From Bugula neritina (Eukaryota; Animalia; Bryozoa): 64,000 bases of DNA. The notes under the pieces were generated by a model. The model was not told the DNA's origin and ran no database searches. It worked only from the letters and a program-made list of their open reading frames with translations. Shown piece by piece: positions 35,842 through 48,800 of the stretch (its first letter is position 1; every line of letters begins with the position of its first letter). The stretch covers positions 11,660,480 through 11,724,479 of the forward strand of contig OZ037771.1 in the NCBI GenBank assembly GCA_964035545.1, given 5' to 3'. The position numbers and the translations under genes were made by a program.

Positions 35842-36806
35842 CTACTAAAAGTATTTTTCATACTTCTCACTAATTACAGTGCTATAAGTATACCCGATAA
35901 ATTGTTTGCTGCTTTCTTGCCTAGTGAACTATATACAACCTGTTGTTGAATCAATACACTGTTAGCTTTTGCATTCAGCATCTACATTCTGCATTTCATA
36001 CTTTTAGCCTAGGAAACAGGAGGAAAGGCAATTTTTTATTTGCATTTGGTAATGCAGCGTTGTACCTTGAATTTACAACTAAAAAAACCTGACCCTTCTT
36101 ACGCCTTAAATCTTGAGATCTAGCCCCATTTCTAAAATATTTGCCCATCCCTGCTTTATGCTGCAGTTTATATTTATAATTTGTGTTCTTCTGTTTTACA
36201 GGGCAAGCTTTCCATGTCTCAAGACACATTTAATTGCTGCCTTAAAGAGTAGAAAAAAGCAGAAGCTGCCTTTTTCAATCACAGAGCAGACTCTTCGCAC
36301 ACTTGAAATATATACTGTTTTATATAAAAGTGTTTAATTATGTTCTTATTGATGATGTCACATATTTGTTAAAAATGAGTCACCAAAATAAAAGTCTTTT
36401 AATAAAATATGAAATGAAGAAGTTTTATATAAAAATAAGTATTTAAAGTATTTTACTTCATTTGCCTACATTTTGATAATGTTACCATTTTTTATGGCAA
36501 TACACCCAATAAACCTTTAATATAAATAATAAACATAATGTACAATATAATAATAAAAGCAAGTGTATATAATCAATTAACGTTCTAAGGAAAGTAGATT
36601 AATTTAAATTTCACAGCTTCATAAGAAATTTATTAAACGCTTAGGCACTGAACCATTAGTATCACACACGTATATAATGTTGTATATCACTTTATGATAC
36701 TATAGTTATAAAGTATTTTTCTGCATCTCTATTTAGCATTTCAGGTACTTTTAATACTGGTCAACTATTACTGGTATTTAACATCTCTCTCTGGCTCTCG
36801 AGTTTC

Positions 36807-39800
36807 TTAGAGATCATTGCTGCAAGTGTTACAGGAACTCTTACAGGCAGTAGCAACATTCTGTCTCTGACAGAGACCTCTTTCTGCCCAAACCAAACAA
36901 GCATAAACACTATCTGAACATGTCACTGAAGACTTCTTTGTGGAGGTTAGTGGCTGAGCTGTCGTGAAAGAGTAGCTCTCCCGGCAACTGTTGCAGGAAG
37001 CTGAGCATTGATCTCTCACACTACTAATGCTACAGTGACCTGAAGTATATATATATATAAAAAGGTCAATGTCTTTTCATAGCATCACAAGCTAAACTAA
37101 GTAGTTGTACCTATAGAATTCAGCTAAATTTGACAAAAAATGGAGATTTCAACTATATGCCATATTTCAACTCATAAATTCTAATACTTTCATTTTTTAA
37201 AGGTGCACAAAAGAAAATATACGTTTGTCAAAGAAATTGGCAAAACATTTTAGTAACCAATAGACTTAAAGCTGCATGAAACGGTATGTAGCAATTTTAC
37301 AAAAAATTACCATAACTCTTGAAAATTAAAGCAGCTCGAGGGCTGATTTGTTGCATAGTTATAATATTATAATTAAGATTGTATGTAAGATTATATATGT
37401 AAAATACCAGCTTTCCCACTGCTTCAATTTGTAAAAGTAACAGGAATTTTTCACAAAGCTACACACCATTTTTGCATCATGTTTCCTAGTTACATGTAAT
37501 AACAAGTGATGTCAATTTATACATTTTATTTAGACTTCAACAAACAAACACAAATCTGAGTGTGAGCTTATTATATATTCTGGTAAATAGTTTCAACACT
37601 CAGTTATTAATAAACTCATAACTTTAAACAGCTTACCGTTTTTTGCCCAAGCCTGGCATTCCCACCTATTGTCTACACAAGGTGCGCTGGTGATATGGTG
37701 TGTGACTTTAGGTGTTTTAGTGGGAGTAGCTGGTGGTATACTCTCTACAGTTCCTATAGCTTGATCACTGGTGAGTTCTGATTGGCTGGTCAGGATATCC
37801 TTGATCTCAGACCTGTTTCTGATTGGCTGAGTAATTTCACTGTGCAGATCTATTGGCTCAGCACACAAACCACATGTCTGCCTACATATCTATGGAACAG
37901 ATTTCATTAGATGATATTTACTTATATAGTTTTATGCTATAAACCTTGTCATCCATATATACAACAAAGTTTCTTTCAACTATGCAGTTTGTGGTCTTGC
38001 AAAACTATTGATAAAACGAAGAGATCTAAACTTATATTTTCATATCAAGTAAAATTGGTGATCAGAATATAAGATATTTTAATATATTTATTTAATATTT
38101 ATATAAACTATTTTGTTATATAGCCCTATAGCAAATAGAATAAGATGGTTTTAACTTACAGGAATAATTTGATTGAAAAATAATATAAGTTTTAAAACAG
38201 CTAGTAGTGACTCACCCTTTTCACCGACTGACTTTTGCACTGGTCTTGATTTCTCCAGATATGGCAGAGAGATGGGAGATTGTCATCACAGGCTGTTTCT
38301 GAACGTAAAGCCAGTAACTTGGGTCTTGAATTTAAAATTGAATTATTAGCTGCAGCAATTGAGGGTTTGTTTACAAGTGTAGCTAGTGTGCTAACAGTAT
38401 TAGTCATGCTAGATTTAGTGCTAGTAGTAGCAGTGGTAGTAGCAGGCATGTGTGTAGAAGTTACTGTCACTGCAGTCGCAGTACTTATAGTAGCTAGTGA
38501 AAAATGTTTATTTGCTTCTCTGATAGAAGAAGGGCCAGTAGCAGTAGAAGAGGTGACATTAGTAACTCTTCTGATGGCTCCAGCTGTGATATCAAGCAGA
38601 GAATTTGATCTCGTGGTTAATGTGATTTGTTTACTATTAGTAGAGATCACTGGATTAGCAGACGACACAGGTCTGTGAGTAGCAGAGGCAGACTGTGTTG
38701 TGGTGATTTGACGGCACCTACCACAGGACTTGGGGCAAAGAGTAGCAACTACTGAGCTGGTACTACAGTAACCGATATTTTTCCAACCTTCACAGCTAGT
38801 CTTACTATCTTCACACGCCATATAACCTACAATATTGCAAAAAATACCTGTACTGATCCACGTGTCTCTAAGCTTTGAATTATGTGTATGAATTTTTTAC
38901 TAGATTTTGGAAACAGTTGCATCCAATGAAACCAAAATCGTAAGTTCGTGCAAACCACACCTACAAATTCGTCGTACAAGCATCCATTTGCATAATTTGA
39001 AGCAATGGAAACACAGTGAATGACTATAAAATACCGTTGGAATAGAAAGCACAGTGACAAAGTCAAGTATAAACGCCCTCTGTTTGAAATACAGACACTC
39101 ACATTTGGACTTGTTTATTTAGCATTGATATATTTTTAGGCTATATTGATTACTTTCAATTGCATAGAGTTCTAAACAATTTGTGGAAAAAGGGTTATAT
39201 ATAGTTCTGCATAAGAAAAATATAGTTTTGAAGTTGTAAACTCTAGAGAATTAAAACCATATTATGCTTTTGCGGCACGTCAGCTAATTTACTTTTTTCA
39301 TTTCTTATTTTACCTTTAAATTTAGGGCAATACCTTTTGACTAAACAAATGAATAAATAGAAATTTTGAACACTGACTGCACTAGGTTCATTAATTACAT
39401 TTATACACCACTTAACAGTCCTACCTGATTGTTTGCTGGCAGTTGTGGGCTGTTTTTGATTCTCTAGTTTGTTTGCTTCTTCACTTAGGGTAGTTGTAGG
39501 CTCAGAGGAGACTAGAGTAGTAGATCTGGTTGTGAGCCGAGTTCTGGTTGTAGATGTAGTTGTGGGAGTAGCCGACGTTGAATCTATCCCTAAAGGTGTT
39601 GGTGGACTCATGTGACTTTTGGGCTTTACATTTTCATCATTGTCAGAAAGCATTGTGGGTCGAAGAATGCTCTTTTCAGTTGTTGGTGTACTTCCCATGA
39701 CTGCCTGCCTGGTTGTAAAATAGCGAGATGTAGCAGCATCTGGAGTTGTTGTCTCAGTGTTAATAGTTGCTAACTTTGTCCTTGACATGAGAACCCTGGA

Positions 39801-42800
39801 GTTGTTTCGTTCTGGCAGAGTGCAAAGACCACAGGACTTGGGACATCTCTTCATCGTCTCAATGTCAACCTTGCAGTCTCCATTAGCAGCATAATTCATG
39901 CAGGAGTCATGTGTGTCTCTGCAGTTCCTCCCTGGGCTAACTGAGTAAGTAAGGTCAAAGATATTTTAGAACAAACTGTTTGTGTAATTTTGTCAAGTGG
40001 AGTTGCGCTCAATATATTACTCCAGTTTCATGAAAACTACACAAGCCAATGATATTGTATTGCAGCAACTTTTTAGACTTTTGTAATTGAATAAATAAAT
40101 ATCATATTATTTATTTATCTAAATTTGTTGCTGTGTTTGCATCTTCCAGAGGTTTTGACTAGCTTTAATTGATGGGCATAGCCAAATTATGCACACTAAT
40201 CTGAAGACCGGAACTTATTTTTGATGCTTCCTAATATCAAGCTTTGGTCAAAACAAAATCAAATAAGTCAATAGTAATAACAAGAAATCATTAACTAGGT
40301 AACTTCAGATTTGAAAAATTTTAAATGTGAAGCTTTATGCAGTTTCTAATAATGTCAGTTACTACTATAAATCGTAAGCAATTAGTTACAACTCATTATC
40401 ATATCATGTTATACTAATGCTTTAATCTAGTTTTTTAAAACAATTATAAAGCAAATAAGTTTATATAGCAAATATTTTTTTAATTTCTTCCCCGTAAAGA
40501 TTATTGTTTAGTCTAGACTGCAACAAACATTTTTCATCAGCAACAAATCATTATCGGCAGCAGTATATCAGTTTTCGGCGACAGCAAACTGTTCTCAGCA
40601 CCATTTAATCATTGAAAAACAATTAGTTAACCGTAAACCCTTGAGTTGATTTTATAAAGTCTACCATTCGAACAAAAATTTAAAAGTTACAATTCTACAG
40701 AAGCTGTACCTGTAACAGGGAGTATAAGGTTCTTAGATGGAGAATTCAATGCACCAGGTCTGTTATTTGGTCTCCTACAGACCCCACAGCTGTATGCACA
40801 GTTTTCTGACATATAAGATGCTTGGGTCTTTCTCTCGCACTCTCCCACACTCTGCCAGTACGGACAGAAACCATCCATGTCGTAGCAGTCGTTCTCTCTA
40901 TAACTGAAGTTCCCCAGAGCTACTTCTACATAAAACAGAAAATTATGTCTACATTTCTTGAGATGTATAAGAATGATGAGTTGATAATTTATCACCTGCT
41001 AGTGCTGAGGCAATCAATCAAGAGTTCAAAGATAACTCAAATCAAATTAAACATGTAAGAAACGTGCTTTTATGAGACTTCCGCACCCTCAATGTTAACA
41101 AGACTCATTCCAGTCAGTGTAGTAGATAAGAGTTACAGCTTTTTCTTAAGATGTAATGATGAGTTTACCCAGTGGTCCCCGTGGTGTAATGGTTAGCACA
41201 CTTGCTTGCAAGCCAGCGGTCTCGCGCTCGAATCCCAGTGGGGGGATTAATTTTCAAGCTATTTCAGCCTTGTCTTGTGGAAGTATTCTCAGGAAGTTGA
41301 GTGGCGTGTGGAGCCCATAAACTGACAGAGTACGTGAGGGCCAGTGCAGCTCTGGAGGGAACTGGGTGGGATGTTGTTTGGAATTGCCAAACCCCTGTAG
41401 CGTAATAGGTTAGCGCGCTTGCTTTCAAGTCGGAGGTCTGTGGTTCGAATCCCAGTGGGGGCAATTATTTTACAAGCTATTTCGGCCTTTAGTGAAGTGT
41501 AGTAGTAATAGTAGTAGTACCCCTAGGGAGTTGAGAGGCCAGGGAAGCCTGGAGACTGAAGGAGTAGTAGATTGGACAGTGGAGTTCAAAGAACTGGATG
41601 AGATGTAGTGATGAGTTTACCGAGTGGTCCGAGTGGTGTAGTGGTTAGCCCACTTGCTTGCAAGCCAAAGGTCTCGGGTTTGAATCCCAGTGGGGGTAAA
41701 TTATTTTTCATTAGAGGGTGATTTAAAGCTTACACAAAGATTTTCAATTTATTCAAATAACTTGCAATATTATATTTTACTTGATATACATTTGTACACA
41801 TGTATACATATGTGTGCACTTTTATAGGTATAGGTATAGGTATAGGAAGTGCATAGAGTATAATGGTGACTCAATGACCTAAAAACGAGTATTGAGAAAA
41901 TTTGTAAAAGTTTTCACCTGAAAGCAAGCCATTTAAATTATTCCTTTTGTTTGACATATTATAATATTGTATTGCATGTTATTATTAGTGAAATACAAGT
42001 AAAAATAAACATAACAATTTGGGAATAAATTTTTTCATATCAATACATTCATATTTGAACAACTGACAATAGAAATATAATACAAACTAACTTACTAGCT
42101 AGTACTTGTATTTCACACACAGTTAGAATGGCATTTGGGTCCTGCAGCTGAACGCTGACATATTTCCCAGAAAGAGGCTTTCTACAGGATATAACAGCAG
42201 CGCCATTTCTTCCTCCCAACACTCCTGCAAATTTACACAAGAGACAACATTTTAATTAAAATAATTGACACATGATCAAGAACATATTTTTTAAATTTTG
42301 AAATAAAATGTTATATTATGCTTATGATTGTAGTTTGTAGAGAAGGTAGAATAAATCCTAACAAAATTTTAATGTTGGAAGAAACTTTCTTGCTATAAAA
42401 TATAAAATATTGTAATAATTTCCAGAATTATTGTATTGTGGTGGATTTTACTGCATGCAATTATGGTAGTGGTCAAATTACGTAACTTGAGAAAAATTAC
42501 ACAAGCTTTAGCGTGAGAGAGATAGGTATATTTATAATAATATCACAAAAATAAATCGCACCCAGTTGCCCTGAATTAACATAAGAAAAGTATCCTGTAC
42601 ATGAAAACGTCTAAACACTAGCAACCCTACTCTCAAAATCACTGTCCGGAAGATCTCTGCTTCGTAGGGGGTAATCACGTACTTCAGCGTGATTGGATAT
42701 TCCTACACTCTATCGCGCCTCCGCATCCTAATACAGAGGGTAGTATGTGTCGTAAGTACACTTCCACTAGCCATTACAATATGAACTGCAACTCTTTCAA

Positions 42801-45800
42801 TGACAAAGGCAAACAATTTCTATTTTAATAGTTTCATACTGGAATGATGTTAATTTTTTTCTGGCCTTAAATAAAAAGATGCAGGTGTTCCTATTTTTTC
42901 CTAGTTAATAGGAGTTGTCTACTGCAAATTTTATTTTTATATCAATTCTGTCCAAACTATCAAGAAGTTAGTTTATACATACTTTGCTTATGGTAGTAGC
43001 ACAGAGGGTTGTTTCTAAAGTTCGAATCATTGCCAACTCTTACTTCAAAGTTTCGAAGTCTGTCATCTAAAATAAGATTTCAAATGTTAAATGTTCAATT
43101 TGCTTATCTGCTTTCCAAATGATTTGAAAAGATTCAATTTTTTTTTCAAATAGCTTCAACTCATCATGTAAAACTATATATTCAAAGTGTGTTATATACA
43201 TTAGGAAAGCAAAATCGTGTTAGATCTTCTGCTCTATAATTAGTGTGAAATCAATTAAAGCAAATAACTAAGTGCAGATTTGCATTTTGTGCTGAATTGA
43301 TCTCTAGTAGTTTTGGGGACACTGATCTTCAAAACTGCCACACTTTTCAAACTAATTGGAGTGAAAGAGATTGATTTAAGCAGACAAAGAAAATTATTTA
43401 CTCTTTCTCCATTTCTATATAAGATGTTTGCCAAAAATTAAGCAGAGAGGATAACTCTTGTATTACAATAAATTTGCATACTAAAAGCTTCACCATAGTT
43501 CCTATTATTTCAAGCCATACTATAACTTTTAAACCTACTTAGAAGTTTCAAATAAGTTTTCTATACGCAAAATGCCTCCCTAAAGCATAAGAAGTCAGTA
43601 TTTACACTCATGTACCACAGCAGTCGTCTCTGTTAAACACCACTATTGTGTCGATAGCCACACCCATGTATTTCCTGTCCAGCTCAACCCGTATCCATGG
43701 TTTGTTTTGTCTCACAGTATGTGTGCATGAGCCGTATCTAGCTGCAACAGACATAATATATGCAATTGATTAACTACATTCCAAAGAAAATTGAAAACCC
43801 TGAGATATTTAGCACATTAAGCTGATATGTACCCAGGCATCAAGTTTAATAATACTAATGTTGTATTCTTACTTCTGAGTTAACAAATAGTTTCCTGCTA
43901 AGCTCAACCGCAGCTAAATAAAGTTTAAACTTATTAATTTTAAACCACTGCTATAATGTAAATAATTGTGAAACGAACACACAACATTTATGTGCAAACA
44001 TACTTTGATAAGATATTATATAAATGCTAGCTCTAGCAGGTTCGTTTAAAGTCTCCAATTTAGGAGAATTCTGGGAATTTCCAGGAAATGACAATTAAAT
44101 ACATTGCTGTTTAATGTTTTTGCAATGTTTTGAAGGTGCAACTCAAATTTAATCTAATTCCCAATGACACGATCAGGGTGTGACCTAACACTAGCATTTG
44201 CATGCTAGATCAGTTACTCTGAACACCTGGACCATGGGTGCCATGTGCATTATACTACTATGATTAATATTATTTTTTCAAACTCAGGAAATCTGTAACA
44301 TTATACAATACTGGACTCACCATCACCATTTGAAGGAACACCTGTGATTGGTCCATCTGTAGCTTTCCAAGCTCCCCATTCCTCCTCACTTTTGTAGGTG
44401 GTACTTTGTATAGCGTTACTTCTCCAAGCGATGTTTACTGTGTGCAGTTATGCAAAGTATGAACGCAATATACAAACAGCTAATATAGTTGAGGAATGAG
44501 ACTATTTTTTCTAAACAAGCTAAAATTTTGCAAAGATTTAGTGAAAACAACTCCTGCTAAAATATTAGAAATTTCATGTTTTTTATATAAGATTTGTTTG
44601 GATAATCATATTTAAAAACTTGTATTGGGTTATATGCTTAATTTTGTTTTATCCAAGGGTCAAAATTATATTTATGAGCTAAGTAAACCAATGTAGATTT
44701 ACAGCCGTTATACCTGTAAAAACCCAGCTCATGGAAAAGTGTTATTACTAAAGAGAGCTAAGTATTTGCTTTGACTGGATGCCCTTCCAAGTATCGCCAA
44801 TGGCCTTTACTAAATTAAACCACTGACCTATAGGTTATGTTTACTAAGCCAGTGCCCTAACTACTATAGACCACAGCTGCTACCATTTATACATCAAATG
44901 TACTGGAAATACTCTACAATTTTTTTTTAAACTTTTTCTGATTAACTTTGCTCATAAGCTCCAGCAGTGAGTTGTGACGTTCTTTTATATTATTACACTA
45001 TATCACTGACCAGGAATTAAAGGAGTTGTCCTTCCGCTGATACTGGGAGTTTTGCTTCTAGAAAGACAATCACTAATCTTTGCTCCAATCCATCTCTCAA
45101 ATTCTTGTACAGAACATAACGACCAATCGTGATCCTGCCATACACCTCTCCTCATTATACCAGAATAACAAAGTCGGGATGTCCTACCTATGTAGTCATC
45201 TCTCACCCCTAACCTGTATAAGAGGAACGACAGCTTTTAGCTACAAAATGTAGTAATAATCTTAGTTAAAAACAATAATGTTATTTTTAACAATGAATAA
45301 CTGTAAACTATGTCACAGGATACAGTCATCAGCTCACAGGGAGTCGTGAGCTGACATTTTAAAATTCAATCAAGTCGGAGTTTGAATTCTGTGGGAGATT
45401 TTGCAAAAATAAAGTCTGTTTTCAATCACAGTATTTGCGCCATGCATCAAAGTAGAAACCTTGCAATCATTCTTGCATTTAGAAAACACAACACATCGTA
45501 GAAAACATGATTTTTTTTAGCAAATAGTTTTTGGGAGATTTAGGCATTCAAATCAATTAAGTTCACAACATCCTCGCAAACTTGATGAGATATCTTTATA
45601 GATAAAAATCAACAATTTTGAACTCGCAAATTTCAAAAACTTATACATACTAGAAAATACATCTATATACTATACAACTCACGGGTGCATTGCTTCGTGC
45701 GCAATGAGTCTCGCAAAGGAAGCCATTTGGAAATTGACGTGACTGACCCCGGCACATCTGTCATTTCCATGACGGGAACAGGCACCAGCTCTTTGAGCTG

Positions 45801-48800
45801 GAAAACGTTAAATAATGTTAATATGAATACTTTGAAACGTTTCTATACATTTATTTTCCGTTATGAGTTAAAACCTGTAAGCACACTGGCGATGATGAAC
45901 TATGGTTTTTATGAATGATCTTTACAAACTTAAATTTAGGTTTCAATATAAAATTGTTTATTAAAATCATGAGACATGTTAAGTCATGTTCAAAAAGTTC
46001 TTGCAAGTTTCTATGAGATTTTGTCATGAAATGAAAATGCTTAATGCACTCAAATCTTGGATTTTAACATTTCATTAGCTCAAATAAACTTGCTATCAGC
46101 TCCAATTTGCATATCTTAAAAAGCACTAAAATTTATAAACTTACCTAAACCCACCCTTCCACCCCATATGTCAGGTTTTCTACAAAAAGCATACACTTGA
46201 ATAGACATACTGTAATAGTAATATAGTAGCATGTTCTAGGTTTTATTAAACAAGTTGGTTCTGTGAAATGCAACAGAAAATGTTGAGAGAAATATTTTAC
46301 AAGCTGCAACTCATATCTTGGATGTAATTTATTTATCTATTTAAATTTTTTCAAAGCAAGTCTATCAAAAGCATAAAGTTATTATAGTGAAAATGCCATT
46401 TTGTCAATTCTGAGGATATATAGTAATTTAGTTACTGTTTAGTAAGACTGTAAGTGCAGCAATGTATAATTAGTAATACTGTAAGTATAGTAATGTGTTT
46501 AGTAATGCTGTAAGTATAGTAATGTGTTTAGAATACTGTAAGTATAGTAATGTGTTTAAAATACTGTAAGTATAGTAATGTATTTAGTAATACTGTAAGT
46601 ATAGTAATGTGTTTAGTAATACTGTAAGTATAGTAATGTGTTTAGTAATACTGTAAGTATAGTAATGTGTTTAGCAATACTGTAAGTATAGTAATGTGTT
46701 TAGTAATACTGTAAGTATAGTAATGTGTTTAGTAATGCCGTAAGTATAGTAATGTGTTTAGAATACTGTAAATATAGTAATGTATTTAGTAATACTGTAA
46801 GTATAGTAATGTGTTTAGTAATACTGTAAGTATAGTAATGTGTTTAGTAATACTGTAAGTATAGTAATGTGTTTAGTAATATTGTAAATATAGTGATGTG
46901 TTTAGTAATGCTGTAAGTATAGTAATGTGTTTAGTAATACTGTAAGTACAGCAATGTGTTTAGTAATACTGTAAGTATAGTAATGTGTTTAGTAATACTG
47001 TAAGTACAGCAATGTGTTTAGTAATACTGTAAATATAGTAATGTGTTTAGTGTCACTTACGATGAAAGGATAATTATCTCATCCCACAATTTATTGTCAG
47101 GAAATGTCTCTGTTATCCATTTACACAGATATGCAGGGTTGCTCACCTACAAAGTAGAATTTCAGCAAAAAAGGATACCCGACGTTGAGTCAAATGATTA
47201 CAGCGTATCATATTTTATTTATGAACTGCAACATATCCTTATCAAACTTTACTTGCTGTTGCAGAGTAAAGATGTTTTATACCCGCAATTATTTCACTTA
47301 CTCACTTGGCACTTGCTATAGCAACTATAATTATATACAGAAAATATTTTAAAAAGTTTAATTTGTGACTTCCCAGTATTATCACATATTTTTGCTATAA
47401 AACTGATTTTAAAAGGAAGATTTCTACTTCTAATAGTATTGAACTATATTGTGGCACATTAAGTTAATGCAACATCTAATAGTGATTTTATGTAAAAACA
47501 GCACAAGCAATAATGGCACAGGTAATAATGGCACAATTGGAAAAATAGGTAAAAATGGCACAATTAGAAAAAGTAGATAAAAATGGCGCACGGATGTTGA
47601 ATTTTCCCAACCCCTAAACCCAAACTCCCAACCCTTAAACCTTAACCCCAAACTCAAACCCCATCTCCTAAACCCCCAGCCCCCACCCTAATCCTTAATA
47701 TTGAAAATGTGTTATTTTTACCTGCTTTGCCATTTGTGCTATTATTACCTATATGCCATTATTACTTGTGCCACTTTTACCTTCGCCATTCTTACCAGTG
47801 CCTTTTTTATAACAAACCTCTAATAGTGACCAAAAGGTTTTAAGTACAAAAATGTTATACACACCCAAACACATGTTACACAGAAGTACCTAGCAGCACA
47901 CAAGCTTGCTGCACTGGTGTTTAGAGATAAAGGAAAAGTATATACACGCCTAAATACACTTGTGTTTAGAGATCAAGGAGGAATAAAAGTTGCTAAACCT
48001 ACTTTACTGATATCACTGGATAAAGGAAGATCTTCATCAATTAGTATGAGATCCTTAATTGTAAGCCAAATGTTGAATCCTAGGGTGGGGTGAAGGTACC
48101 ACAACTGTGCCTGTGAGAGATAGAAAAGCAGCGCTAATACTCAAATATAAACATAATATTTACTAGTTATAAGTGGTATATAATAATTACTGGCTCACAT
48201 AGCGTCATAATAATTATAATACGCAATATGGTACTACATACAATACATTATATAACAACAAAGTATATATAATATTACTTTTAATCTGATAGTGTAATAT
48301 AATATATTGTATTATATATTAGTATAATATAATATATATTATAGCATATTATATTACCTAATACAATGTTACATGCATGCAAGCAGATTTCAACTTATTT
48401 TAGCATGACCTTGGTGATGGAAAGCACCATAGGCACACAATGCTAGTTACTTTAAAATTTGTTACAACAAAATTTTCAAGCTATTAGTCGCTTTTTGATT
48501 TTGTGAAAATGTCATTTTGAAAAACAATCATGATAAAATTTTCAGATTCCTCGCGGCAAACTCACATTATTGAAACTTAGTAAGACTTGTTGAATCAGCT
48601 GATTAGTTGAATCGTAGACCATATCCTTAAAGTCATCCATAAAAGACTAAAATCATATAACAGACTATTCATTACATACACATTGTAACGCATTAAGTTG
48701 GTCGGTACGAATAAGATGAATTTCTAATTATAGATAATGAATCAAATGAACTTTTAACTTATGACTCAGAGTAGTATGAAGAATTATCTCAAGTCTGTAT

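Noticed and set aside
41175-41698. Functional tRNA genes
   Set aside because: Acceptor and anticodon stems pair poorly, two B-boxes are mutated, and the units sit in a tandem repeat with shared tails.
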